Assembly: GCF_000143415.4 (NCBI RefSeq)
Contig: NW_003314271.1
Span: 2,544,312-2,608,311, forward strand
From: Selaginella moellendorffii
Lineage: Eukaryota > Plantae > Lycopodiophyta
Reading direction: 5' to 3'
DNA length: 64,000 bases
In this document: positions 50,052-62,921 of the stretch, piece after piece
How positions within the stretch are numbered: the first letter of the stretch is position 1
How the letters are laid out: each line of letters begins with the position of its first letter
Made by a program: the position numbers and the translations under genes
Notes under the pieces: model-generated
The model's input: only the letters and a program-made list of their open reading frames with translations
Databases searched by the model: none
What the model was told of the DNA's origin: nothing

Positions 50052-51721
50052 TTATTTAACTATACAAGCTCTTGGTTTCGAGCTTAACCTGTCAAAAAGG
50101 AGCTCTGTAGTCCTGTTCCAGTCCCTGTTCCTGGCTCTGGCTCTTGAACCAGTCGGCTACTTCCTGGCTAGTGATCTCCGGCTGCACGACAGATCAAAAG
50201 GTGGTCAATCGATTCACGAAAGGGGCAACCAAGAAGAACTTACTGCAACGCCAAGGGAGAAGTCCATCTCGTTGCTAAAGTTCAGGATGTCCTCCTCCTC
50301 GCAACTTATCCCCGCGACCTCCGTGAAGGCTCGAATCTCCTGGCTACTAAGGTTCTCGAACTCGGTGGCGACGTTGTTGAAACTTTCGTCGCAGAGCAGC
50401 TCCTCTATCACTCTCTCGGCAGGGGTTTGTGGAAGAGGCTGTTGAGCAGTCGGACACCTCACGAGGGACATGCCAGAAGTTGACGCTCCCTGAAAATAAA
50501 GAGGGAGTTAGTCTTGGCAAGAGAAAACGAGCAAAAGGTTACGTACATAGTAGCCGTCTATCGTTGGGCACATCTCCCCCAGCTGCGGCACCGGTCTGCT
50601 CGGACAGGGCCTCACCACCTCTGGAGTGCTCGTCGAGCAGGGCCACACCACCTCTGGAGTGCTCGTCGAGCAGGGCCTCAGCACCTCTGGAGTGCTCGTC
50701 GAGCAGGGCCACACCACCTCTGGAGTGCTCGTCGAGCAGGGCTTCACCACCTCTGGATTGCTCGTCGAGCAAGTCCTTGCCACCTTCGCAGACTCATCGT
50801 TCTCGGGCTCGCAAGCGAGGGCCGCCTCCAACTCGCGGCTGAACGAGGCTTCGTTGACGTCGTTCGAATCGTTGGCCTCAGCTACTTCGGCTCCTTCGTT
50901 GGCTTCGGCTGCTTCGTTTGCTTCGCATGGCTCGCGCACAGAGCCTCGAGGTTGAGTTTGGAAGAACACTTTGGACATGACCAGCTCGCCCTCTCTTTCG
51001 TCTTCGTGAATGCCGACGTGGTACTGATGGATCACCCAGTTTGTTTTCTTTGGCTTGGACTTCTTCTTGAAGTTCGTGTAGAGAACCATGATCTTCTTCC
51101 AGCCAATGACCTCGCCGTTCTCCATCACGGGCCTTGTCTTTCCGGTCTTGTGCCATCGGGTCTCGTCGTCATCGTCGGTCTGGACTTTCCGGCGCTTCCG
51201 GGTGCCTTTGGTGTATGCGTTGGACGGCCGGTGGAAGAAATGGCTGCTGCTTCCATCGCTCTTCACACCTTCAAAGCGAACGTTTCAGTGCCTCGGCCAA
51301 AAAAAAAAAAAAAAAAAGGAACTAGCGTCGACAAACCTGGCAACTTCTCGGGATGCTTGGAGCAAATCCCTTCGTCGTCTTCCAGAGTCGGAATAAACTC
51401 GTCGATGAGAGCATGCGGCTTTCCACCGCGACCAATCTTCGCCGCAAGATGGTCCAGAATTTCTTTGTCATTCGGATCAAACTTCACTCCGGCGGGAAGC
51501 CCAGTCCAATCTTGTGGTGCCTGCGACGTAGTTTTTGCAGCAATGGGTACGCTCTCGGAAAAGAAATGAAACAGTAACTAGCTCCATACCAGTTCATTGT
51601 CATTGTCGATGGGCTTGTTACAAGTCGGGCAGAGGTGTTCCGGCGCATCGGGAGTAATTCTCTCGACCCCTCCAGCGTTTCTAACCTTCTTCGCAAATCT
51701 ACTGCTATGAATCCATGTCAT
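50052..51721 (-). CDS. NAC transcription factor of the SOG1/ANAC044 clade
   Basis: N-terminal extension [64 protein letters not shown]; C-terminal SQ motifs (SSQE, TSQE, SQSQE). Confidence 0.9.
50605..50769 (-). repeat. Coding minisatellite, 5 x 33 bp ([11 protein letters not shown])
   Basis: cagggc..caccacctctggagtgctcgtcgag repeated five times in frame. Confidence 0.95.
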
Positions 51722-52340
51722 CCTAGAAGAGAAACGCGAAGAGAGAAAAAAAAACCTCGTTATCATAACCACCAAATAAAAGTCTACCTCTTTTCACGGA
51801 GGAAGACGCCGATCACCAAGCGCTGCCTCGAAGATGAAGCTCAGGAACTGGGAGAATGCGAATCTGGCAAGCGCCGCGAGGAAATTTCTATCTCTGACCG
51901 CGCAGACGATCGAGCAGCAACGAGAAATTGATCCGGCAGGAGAATGCAGCATCGATGCGTTGATCGTCGCGCCAGAGCCCTCGCTCCTCCTCGCTCTCAA
52001 AACCCTACAAATATGGAATCAGACAAAGGCGCCATGGAGCTCCAGTATATATGTGTGCCCAGGCTCGGCAAAACGGCTTTGGCTCGGCTTTGCCCGAGGC
52101 TGGCACTGTTAGGTCTCATGGGCTTGAGTAACTCACAAGATATCTACGAGGCATTTTCTTCTCCCTCGAGAATCGAGCGCTTGACCGCCTTGCCTCAAAA
52201 GCGCCAAACAGTGTGAGAGAGAAGAAAACCCTAGGAGAGCGCCAGAGCTACGCAGCGAATTTGCTCAATGCAGGCGCCGATTCGAGGGTGTAAGCAAGGA
52301 ATCGAGGTATGGATGTGGATTTCGTGTTTGATTGGAAGAG

Positions 52341-52603
52341 ATATCCTGACGATCAAGAATCCAGCTCATTCGATTGGGATAGTTTGAGGTGATTTGCTGG
52401 ATCGAGTAAGCGCATCATTCTTTTCTTCGTGATTTTCGCAGTAGGAGGATTTCTCGAGGGATTGACAATATCTTGACGATCAAGAATCCAGACGAGGCGA
52501 TCGGGATAGTTTGAGGTGATTTTTTTCTGGATCGAGTAAGTTTTCACCTATCTAACATCATAGTTTTTTTCTTCTTCTTTTTCTTCGTGATTTTCGCAGT
52601 AGG
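52341..52603 (+). repeat. Tandem duplication of a 5'UTR exon+intron unit
   Basis: gacgatcaagaatccag...gggatagtttgaggtgattt..ctggatcga|gtaag...cttcgtgattttcgcagtagg occurs twice. Confidence 0.85.
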
Positions 52604-52608
52604 GAAGC

Positions 52609-55141
52609 ATGGCCGAGCTGGGCCCTGTCCACAAGTATGCGGCAGGCGCGTTGTTTTCGCTTGCTTTGAACCAGGCACAAAGCCATCAGCGAAGCTTGCC
52701 ACCGAGAGTAAACGATGATCAAAATGCTATTGCCGAAGGTAGCCAGGAAGAGGAGACGCCATGGAGCAGTGAGGAGTTTGGACTCGCGCAGCACGTTTTC
52801 CGGTGAGCTGAAAATCTTCTTTGTCAATCGTAAGTGTTTGAAGTTGCCGACTAGATACTTGGATATCGAGAAGAAGTCGTGGATGGGTTTGGAGACGACC
52901 GCTATTTCTCCCGACGCTAAACACCATATAGGTGCTGTAAGTATACATTTGTTCTTACTGTTGCAATGGACACTAATTTGTCCTTAGTTTCTGAGGCTCC
53001 TGTCCGAGGAAGATGTGCCAACCACGTCAGAAACTTTGCCCGAAGACGACCTGGCCAAAGCCATAGATGCGATGAGCCTGAAACTTGAAGAGTCTTCTTC
53101 AACTTCTCCAACGCGGAACGCGAATCCTCCGTCTAGAGACCGCGAAAGCTCGTCAGCGCCACTCTCGGATCAGAGGTGTTCCATTTCACAGGAGATAGAC
53201 AGTTCGGTGCTTACGAGGCAAAGGAAAGTGGCCGTCCTCTACGAACTTCTTGTTGCTTGTGTTGCTGATGCATCAGACGAGAAGAAAGCATTCAGAGGTG
53301 GCTACGATTCTCGATACAGAGTCACATTACGACTCTTGGCCACATGGTTTGACGTAAAATGGTCGAAAATGGTCGGTGTTGCAAGCTTCAGTTGAGCTAT
53401 TAATCTTATCATTTTGTGGCAGGCTGCTATGGAGGTTATGGTGGCATGCATGGCGATGGCTGCACGTAAAGAGCAGAGCACAGCAGAAGCAGAAGCTGAA
53501 AAGAGCAAATGGTCCAAGTGGAAGCGTGGAAGTCTCATAGGCGCAGCAGCAGTGACGGGAGGGACGTTGCTAGCAATTACTGGGGGTTATTCTTTAAGCT
53601 TGTCTTCCTCACAGAGGTTTACCGTTTCAATACAGGTCTAGCGGCTCCGGCAATTGCAGCTGGTTTAGCCGCTTTAGCTCCGGCAGCTGGAACGGTTGTT
53701 CCTATCATTGGAGCAAGTGGTTTTGCAGCAGCTGCTGCTGCAACTGGAACGGCTGCCGGCTCAGTTGCAATCGCGGCGTCATTTGGAGGTAGTGACTTAT
53801 CAGAAGTATTACTAACCACTTACTTTCTCACAGCTGCTGGTGCTGGTTTAACGGGATCCAAAATGGCCAGAAGAATTGGTGATGTTGACGAGTTTGGTTT
53901 TGAGGCGATTGGAGACAACCATAATCAAGGAGTAGGACCTACTACTAGTGGTTTCTATGCTGATAGTTTCGTTTGTAGAGACTGGCGGTTGCTATTGTCA
54001 TATCTGGGATCATTTTTGAGGAAGATGACTTCACCAGGCCATGGATATTTCCAGACGCAGATCTTGAAAGGTACTTCTTCCAAGTGTATCGGAGGCAGCT
54101 GAACGTGTGATCAGGTACTCTTTACGCTGGGAAACTAACGTTTTAATGGCTGTGAGCTCTGCTATTCAAGATTGGCTGACCACAGGTATTCGATAGACAT
54201 AGCTCTCATAGAATTCTAACAAAGCTAATTACACAGCGGTTGCAAAGGAGTTGATGAAACGAGGAGCGATGATGACCGTTTTGAGTGGCCTACTTGCAGC
54301 ACTAGCATGGCCTTCTGCTTTGCTGTCTGCTACAGACTTCATCGACAGTAGATGGACCATCGCAGTTGACAGGTTCGAAGTTCTATTACGAACTGGCATA
54401 ATCCGTGATGTTCTAGATCTGACAAGGCTGGAGAAATTCTTGCGAATTGTCTGCTCAGCGGACTCCATGGCAGCAGGTAACTTTGTTCTTCTCGGCGCTT
54501 GCATTTCTGGTATTATGCCGCTTGTCCACAGGCCTGTAACGCTCTTGGGATTCTCCTTAGGAGCTCGAGTGATTTTCTCGTGTTTGGAGCACTTGGCAAA
54601 GAAAGGAAATGGTATGCTTCTATTTACCTGGCGAGAGCTCATGATTCTCGTTACAGGTGGCATTGTAGAAAGAGTGGTGTTATTGGGAGCTCCTCTTTCT
54701 CTTGATAGAAAGCGATGGATGAATGCTCGTAAGGTATGTTTTCCTGATAGCAGTTCCATTTCTTTGTTAGTTCTCAATGTGTTTTATTTTTGTTTCCAAG
54801 ATTGTGGCTGGTAGATTTGTGAACTGCTATTCATCTAACGACTGGATCTTGGGAGTCATATACCGTGCAAGGTGAGCTTCTCTTGACCAGCATTCTATCA
54901 TCTATGATTAACGATCCGGGGTTCTCACAGCATTTTGTCCCAAGGCCTCGCCGGGATACAACCAGTTGCTCTCCCAGGGATAGAAAACGTATGCATTCAC
55001 GCACCGCTTTCTTTCTCCACAAACTTTTCCTTTCAGGTCAATGTAACGCATCTGATCACCGGCCACTCCTCCTACCTCTCAAAGATCCCAGAGATTCTAG
55101 AGACGATTCATCTGGACAATTACTTCCCAGTCTTCTTCTAG
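52609..55141 (+). CDS. DUF726 / TMCO4-like protein
   Basis: KYAAGALFSLAL, GYDSRYRVTLRLL, IGAAAVTGGTLLAITGGLAAPAIAAG, RPVTLLGFSLGARVIF, VERVVLLGAP, GHSSYL. Confidence 0.92.
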
Positions 55142-55220
55142 GACAAAAGAAATATGAACACCAAAGGTTGGTCTTAGTAGTAGAGTATCGATTTGAGTCA
55201 GTGTCTCGAGCTGGCTAACA

Positions 55221-55843
55221 CTACACCTTTCTCATCAGGAGATACAGGCGCTGGTCCAGCTTTAAGTTGCCCAGGTGCTGCTTATCCCCCTTGAGCATCA
55301 TCAACAGGCCTCCGAAAGAAACATAGACGCCGCTGGAAACGATCGACGAAGAGAAACTCCAAAAACTCGGTAAGAAAGCTCGCTTACATCTTGATGGCAC
55401 CGCCGCTCTCGTCGTCATCGTACTTGTACAGCTTCCCATACATGACATACTCGTACTTGTCGGCCAGAGATTTCTTCCGAGACTGCGAGAGATCAGAGTC
55501 AGCCAGAGAAGATCCGAGCAAATGGAACCTGGTCGAAGACGCCATCGTCTGGAGTTCCATCCAATCGCAGGGTGGAGGAGAGCGCGAGCGTGAACTTGTC
55601 AGTCCTGGCGATGGGGTAGACGTCGATGTTCACGTCCAGGACGAGCTGCATATCAAACTGCTCGCTCCGGGCCTCGATGCGAGACACTGCTCATCACACG
55701 AATCCAGCGAAAAACAAATCAAATCGATCGCTCTCCTCGCTCGAAATGCCGAGAGCGAGGCGATCACCTTTGTCGAATTTCTTGCCGTCGGTGTCGATGC
55801 CGGTGATGGTGAAGATGTCCTCGAAGAGCAGCAGCTCCGCCAT
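55221..55843 (-). CDS. NRPB8: DNA-directed RNA polymerase common subunit RPB8
   Basis: [63 protein letters not shown]. Confidence 0.96.
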
Positions 55844-55967
55844 GGCTGGGCTGGATCGATAAACCCTAAAACTCGCGTCGTGGATATTCCTCCCAGATTT
55901 GGCCTTGTGGGTCTTATATAAATAGCGGGACGAGAGCGTTTGCTAGGGCTTTTGGCTTGCTTGGACG

Positions 55968-56497
55968 ATGGCGTTCCGCTCCACGGCTGCGAGGTTCCAG
56001 CAGGTGATCACCACCGCCGCCAAGACCCCCGCTAAGAAATCGCTCGCGGATGCGAAGAAGATGGCGTCCTTCTCCAAGAAGAACGCTCCCGCGGACTGGG
56101 TCCAGCGATCCGACCACCACCTCATCACCATCGACATGCCAGGTATGAAATCTTCGCTGTGGAGAGGGAACCACTCGAAGCTCTCAAGAAATCCTTTCAT
56201 AGTGGCGATGGTTTTGTGTCCCCAGGATTGTCTCACGAGGATTTCAAGATCACCACGGATGCCAACGAGATAACCATCAAAACCAAGGAGCGCGAGAGGG
56301 TGGAGCTCGAGGATGATAAGTGGCACGCCAAGGAGCGCTACGTTGGCACCGTGGTTCGCAAGTTTGAGTTCCCTGACGGCGCCAAGCTGAGCAAGGAGGA
56401 CGTGGAGGCTGTGTTTGACAATGGCGTGCTCACGCTCAAGGTTCCCACGGATCCGGAGAAGCCGAAAGAGACCATCACGATCAAGCCTGGCAACTGA
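55968..56497 (+). CDS. Small heat-shock protein (alpha-crystallin domain) with basic, possibly organellar N-terminus
   Basis: PADW...IDMPG|LSHEDFKI, WHAKERYVGTVVRKFEFPD, AVFDNGVLTLKVP; one intron. Confidence 0.9.
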
Positions 56498-56596
56498 TTT
56501 TGTCAATCTCTCAAAGAAAAAAGAATGACCTTAGCTTTGATCGATTTGATCAGAGTTTCATAGTTGTTAATGTCAACAGTGATAAACCCTACTGCT

Positions 56597-58274
56597 ATGA
56601 CGAGGAGAATGGCTGCCATGTTTTCATTGAGGACCAATTTCCTTGGCGGCCCTTCTCCGCGGCTCAAGCCATCGATTGCTACTACTGCTACAACGCTGAG
56701 CACTGTGAGAGCGCTTGCTTCTTCTTCCTCTTCTTCTCAAGGTAAATTTGGTGCTCTTTTCTTCTCAAGTGAAGTAACTTTGTCTCCAGCTTCTGGGAGC
56801 AACCAGCATTTGAAACTGGGATTCCTGGGACTTGGAATCATGGGCACAGCAATGGCAAGAAATCTCGTAAAAGCCGGGTAAAACAAGTTATTTTTCTCTC
56901 TTTTTTCTTGCTCGATTGCTAGCATGATCCGTTTTTTTTGTTGTTGTTGTTGTAGCTACGATGTCACCGTTTGGAACAGATCTGCGAGTAAATGCGAAGC
57001 TTTAGTGAGCGAAGGAGCAAGGTGGATCTCGTCTCTACTTGATTTGGTTTTCCTTATGTCTTTTTATTGTCAAGACGAGGTTCCACACCAAAGAATGTCA
57101 CCGAAATGTGCGACGTCACGTTTGCGATGCTTGCTGATCCAGTTGCAGCAGTAATGCACACTCGTAAACTTTGTGGCTGTTCCTTTACATGCTCTCACTT
57201 TTATCTTTTGCATTTTATTCCTTCTTCTACATGCAGCTCGAAGTTGCTCTTGGGAGTGATGGTGCTCTTGGAGGGTTGGGCTCGGGGAAAGGGTATAACA
57301 GATTTTTGATTGAATGAAAACGTAATTTCACACAACATGACTTTGCAGATATGTTGATGTATCAACCGTCGATGCCGGGACAACTAAAACTGTATGCGAG
57401 GCAGTGAAATCTTCAGGCTCTCTCTTCTTGGAGGTATGCTTTCTTTCTAAGAGTGAGCCAACATTTTGTGGTTTTGGAAGGCGCCAGTCTCGGGATCCAA
57501 GAAGCCAGCCGAAGAAGGAAAACTTATTTTTTTAGCTGCTGGTAAGCTCTCTCTGTCTCTGGTTTTTCACCTTAGCTAGCAAAAACACATGGTAATACGT
57601 GGTATTTCAGGAGACAAGGAGTTGTATGATACAGTAGTACCGATGCTAGACGTGATGGGCAAGGTTAAGTTCGTAACGATTATTGTCCAGAAACTTCACT
57701 TATTTTAATTCTTTTAGTCGCGGTTTTACTTGGGAGCTCCTGGAAACGGAGCTGCAATGAAAATTGTTGTTAACATGATCATGGGAAGGTTCGTGTGCCA
57801 ATATGTTTTTTACTCTTTTGAGGTTTTTCTTTCTTTTTTTTTTCTTTAGCATGATGGCAAGCTTTGCCGAGGGTCTGATTCTTGGAGACAAAGCTGGCCT
57901 TGATCCTCAAACTATACTAGAGGCATGAATTTAATCCTTGCTATTCACTCTTAGAGAATGTAACTTTCAGGTTCTATCCCAAGGTGCTATTAACAATCCA
58001 ATGTTCTCCCTAAAAGGTCCAACAATGTTAGCAAGGAACTACGCTCCAGCTTTTCCTTTAAAACACCAGCAAAAGGTTTGTAGTATGGTTTTAAATGTGA
58101 ATCTAATCTTCTTTAAATTTGTAGGACTTGAGATTGGCATTGGACATGTCTGATAAGCTTTTGCAAAACATCCCAATTGCTGCAGCGGCAAATGAAGTGT
58201 ACAAGGTTGCTAAAGGTAATGGTTTGGGTGATGATGATTTCTCTGCTGTTATTGAGGCCTTTAGAAATAAATGA
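56597..58274 (+). CDS. GLYR2: Glyoxylate/succinic semialdehyde reductase, plastid type
   Basis: Transit peptide; LGFLGLGIMG, VTVWNRS, YVDVSTVD, EAPVSGSKKPAEEG, MKIVVNMIMGS, AFPLKHQQKDLRLAL, DFSAVIEA; start could be 56609. Confidence 0.94.
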
Positions 58275-60414
58275 GGTATTTTTTATAAGAATTTATACCT
58301 TGAAACAGAATATCTACTAGGAAAATCCAGAATGATAATTAGAAATGGAATTCATTTGATTTGATGATACATTCTTTTCAAATTTCTTATAACCTTTTTA
58401 CATTATTATTTATCTTTCTAGCTTTGGACCAAAGAAAAAATAAAAATATTATAATACAAATGTAAAGATATAAACTGAAAAATTAATAAACTATATCATA
58501 TTATATAATTTCTAAACTTCCACTAACTTTTTTTAAAAGTTATTTTAATAGTTTTACAATTTTAATTTAATTATTTTATTAATTTAAATTTAACATTTTG
58601 AATGATATTTAATGTGCAATTGCATCCACTATCTGATTATGTTTGTTTTTCTCAAAACTTTTATATTATCTGATTTAATTAAAAGCCCATCATACTTATG
58701 AAAATGAATAATATCTGATTCAAATAAAACTTAAATACATAAAAATTATAACTTTTTCCAAATTAAATGTAAAATTCTCCACTTGAATATGATATTATAA
58801 ATTATATCAGTCCATTGGTGAACAAAAACACAAACAAAAGGACAAATAAATAGAATGGGAGCATAATAGATAGTATACTTGAATAAAGTAATTTTTTTTA
58901 ATCATAGAAGAGTTAGTATTCTAAAATGAGGATTATTTAATAACATTATATATATATATAATCATAATAAAAATAAATTATTATTTTTAACTACAAAATT
59001 TTTCCAACTAGATATAAAGTTTTTTATTAAATATATATTATACTCTTTATTTTAATACTTTATAAATGTTTACTATAAAAGATAAAAAGTTACATACAAT
59101 ATATAGCAAAGCCAAATGTTTTTGTAGCTTTATATATTTATAATAGTGTGCATAACATAGTCAAGATAAGTTTAAATAATTATTATGCTATGAAAAGTTT
59201 GGCTTAAATAATTATTTAGTTATCTAAGTTCATATAAATTAATTATTTTATGCATAATTATTAATGAAACTAAATTATGCCTTATAATAAAGGTATAAAG
59301 TTCAGATTTACTATAATTGAATATTACTATTAAACTAAATATTTAAAATAATTTACTACACAATAGAATACTTGGTTATCTTTGAATTTATAAAAATTAT
59401 TTTAATTTATAATATAGACTTTTCTAAGCTTCACTTTAAATACTATTTAATGGTTTTCTTGTTATATATATTTTAAAACTAAAATGTTAGTATCACTTCA
59501 TAGTATTTAGAGAATGTTGTTTTAATCTAGTAGGCCTTGGTAATTATTAGGTTTAGAATGTATGTCTTGATTCCTCTCCACCTCCAGCACATACATTTTT
59601 GCTGAAGGATTTTTGTATAGCCAAATAACAAAATAAATCTTAATGATTTTTTAGTAGCTTAGGACACAATTTTAAAAAAGGAACTTTCTTCTGCACTACA
59701 AGCGAGGTTAATGTTAATAGCCAGGTTAATTCAAGTCTAAATGTCTCTTCAGAAACACAACACATCACATCAAGGTAGGCAATAGCAACAACATTGTTCT
59801 ATCTTGTTCACTTTTCTTTTACCTTACAGAACAATTTATCTTCAAAATATAGGTATACCAATGAGTTAATTGCAAGTATCTAGATATATCTATGCTCTTG
59901 GAAGCATGAGTTGTAGCAGCTAAAACAGCTTATTCACTTTAGTTTCTCTTGTATCAACAACAATAGCTAACAAATAAGAGGGATCAAGAAGAATTAACAT
60001 TAGCCACCTCTACCAAAACAACCAAGGCTCAGTGTTAATGTTAACTAATAGTTTGTAAAACCTTACAACTATAGGAAGATCGTCTAGATCCCTACCATGT
60101 ACACCATGTTTTCTAATAATTTCATTGATGACTAGTTGAGACAAGTCTTATAGTCACACGATTTAGTGATAGAACATACATATTGGTGCAATTAGAGCAA
60201 TGCATTAGACAAATAATGGAGCATTAGACAAATAATGGAGCATTAGAGGGAGTGAAGGAACAATGGAGACAACAAAGAGTAACAATCAAGAGATCAAACA
60301 TAGTGCTATAGCTCTAATTGATTAGTTTGGTGTGGACTGTTAGGGCTTGTGTGGATGAAGTAAATAGAAGTTGGGCTGATTTCTAGAATTTGGAACTTAA
60401 ATGAAGCTAGGGCT

Positions 60415-60514
60415 NNNNNNNNNNNNNNNNNNNNNNNNNNNNNNNNNNNNNNNNNNNNNNNNNNNNNNNNNNNNNNNNNNNNNNNNNNNNNNNNNNNNNN
60501 NNNNNNNNNNNNNN
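60415..60514. other. Assembly gap (N run)
   Basis: N bases. Confidence 1.
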
Positions 60515-62894
60515 CTAACTCCTAGGACTAAAGTGTTTTCAGATAATGGGGTTAGGGTTTGTGGGGGGTTTTAAATGTATAGTAGGGATAGTGGGTAAGT
60601 TGGGTATGATTGATCACTGAGCATAATTTAATTCCTTATTTATGTGTTTGTCTTTGTTTTGCTTTTGACTTAGATCTAAGCTTAAGCTTTATACTATGCT
60701 AATTGTTGGAGTAACCATATCCTTGTGTTAAACTAACAGTATACTGAAATGGTATCAAACTCTATTTTGCATACTAGTCTTAGCATTGGGATGTTAGATA
60801 CTTTAAGATTATTCTAATATCACTCTATATTCTATCTCCTCACTCTTTAAGTTGTACACTTAGGAGTTATTTTGTGCTCTAGTTTCTTTACTCAGCTATA
60901 TATTTGAAAGTTTAGCTCCATACCTTCATTCAGTGACCCAAAGCCTTAAAACTTAAGCTTTTTTTTGTTGTCCTTTGGCCCATATTTCTAAATGTTATAT
61001 TTCACTTTATGGTTATTCTATCAAGATAATCTCTATATTTTATAAATATGTTTCATTAGTAGATCTAAACACTTTCTATAAATAGCTAATAGGACTGAAT
61101 AGGACCAACACATGAGGAATGATAGTGAGAGTATCTTGGCAGACATAATAAGCTATCATCTAGTAAATATTAAAGGACTAAGTTCAATATTGTTTGTTAA
61201 ACCAATGCAAAATAGAGCAAAAGAAGAATAAAAGTTAATTCAAGTATGTATAAGCAACAAAAAAGAATAAATTGAGAGAAGATTCATAAGGGTTCAAATA
61301 TAAAGGGAAAGGGCTTATAAATAAAAGTGCACCTCTTTTTTAATTGATTAAGGGTCTTGGGATATTTAGGGTTAAGTGTCTTTGAATTTGAGAAGTATAT
61401 AGCAATAAAACTAGCTAAAGTAGTTTCATGCTATAAATATATCAATTTACTAGTAAAAATGAACTTCAAATACTACAAGTAATAAGATTCTACTACCATA
61501 AAATTCACTAGTATATAGGCTAAGTGCCCTCTTAAAAATTTTAAATTTAGGAGCTTATATTTGGTATTAGAGAGGGAATTATTGAAATTAACATTTGGTG
61601 GTTTAGTTTATTTTGGCTAAACTCAACTCAAAGAGTAGGGTGTCAAGAGAGTAAGGCTCTTAAGAGGAGAGTTATGACTTTCAACTTTTGTTTATAAAGA
61701 TGTATACTTGCAAAAAAGCATGAAATAGATGCCAAACTTAATTTACTAACACTTGAATAAAAAAGGACTGATAAAAGGAAATAGTAATGCTTTGTGGTAG
61801 TAAGAACAGAATATCTAATAGGACTTATTGACAGATAACTTTTAATGCCTATAATCACATTTATAACACTTTCCCTCTTTTGGAGAAGAATGATATCCTT
61901 ATCAATGTATATTCTAATGCCAAGGAAACAACTTTAGAAAAAATTCACAATGTTTACATTTTGTGAGGAATGTACCAACTTAAATAAGTTAGAGGTATAC
62001 CTTTCTGTCTCCACTCAAGCACTTTTCAACCATCACTAACAAGGAAATAACTAATGGAGCTAGCCACCCTTGCTCGTTTAGATGTTATCTAATTTATAAA
62101 AAATGATATACTTCTTATAGGCGATATAGAGAGAAAAGTCAGAAATCTTAACCCTCATGAGCAAACAAACTAAACTTGTTGGTAAGGTTCAAATAGACTA
62201 CTATAAACAAATAGAGTTACGCCCTTTTACGAGAACAAAGAATATTATGAGAGAGATGAATGATATGACCAATTGACAGTAGCTATTCTATAACTAAAGA
62301 TTTCACCATACATACAAAGTGCCAAAGTTAATTTGCTTATACTGGCCTAAATGTCCTTAGAATACTTTTATGTTCTAATGAAAGACTTATTCACTAAAAA
62401 TTTTGGTTTTCAAGATATCATTATTTTTTACTTTGATATTGTCTATCTATTGATTTTTAAGTTATCATTCCATAAAAGAGAATTATAGGATATGGACCAC
62501 CAAGATTATTAAAGTTGAAAAACATAGGATTTACCATTTAATAAAATTTAATAACAAGTATATTATTAAGAAAACTCAATGATAAAGCTTAACTATTAAA
62601 TATTGTAGATAGCATGTTTAAAAACTTACAAAAAACGGTTCAAATAACATAAAATATTATCGACTGGACAGACAAAATGTTATTAATGCTTTATTTCATT
62701 AAAGTGGAACTTTTCATTATCCCACTTATGGTGTGTAGCCACATGCCATTTTTATAACAACAATAAAAAATTGAAGTTTTAGCTTTATAATTTATAAATT
62801 AAAAACTTTTCATAAGATTTTGTGTTATAATATTGTGAAATATAAAAAAATAAATTAAAAAAATGATAGAAATATTAATAAATATTAATTAAGT

Positions 62895-62921
62895 ACTAGG
62901 AAATGGCATATGCACACATGC
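62895..62921 (-). mobile_element. Helitron-type 3' terminus, different family
   Basis: Minus strand GCATGTG-TG-CATATGC-CATTTC-CTAG|T. Confidence 0.55.

Noticed and set aside
50605-50769. 33-bp repeats as a CRISPR-like array
   Set aside because: No spacers; in-frame coding minisatellite in a eukaryotic gene.
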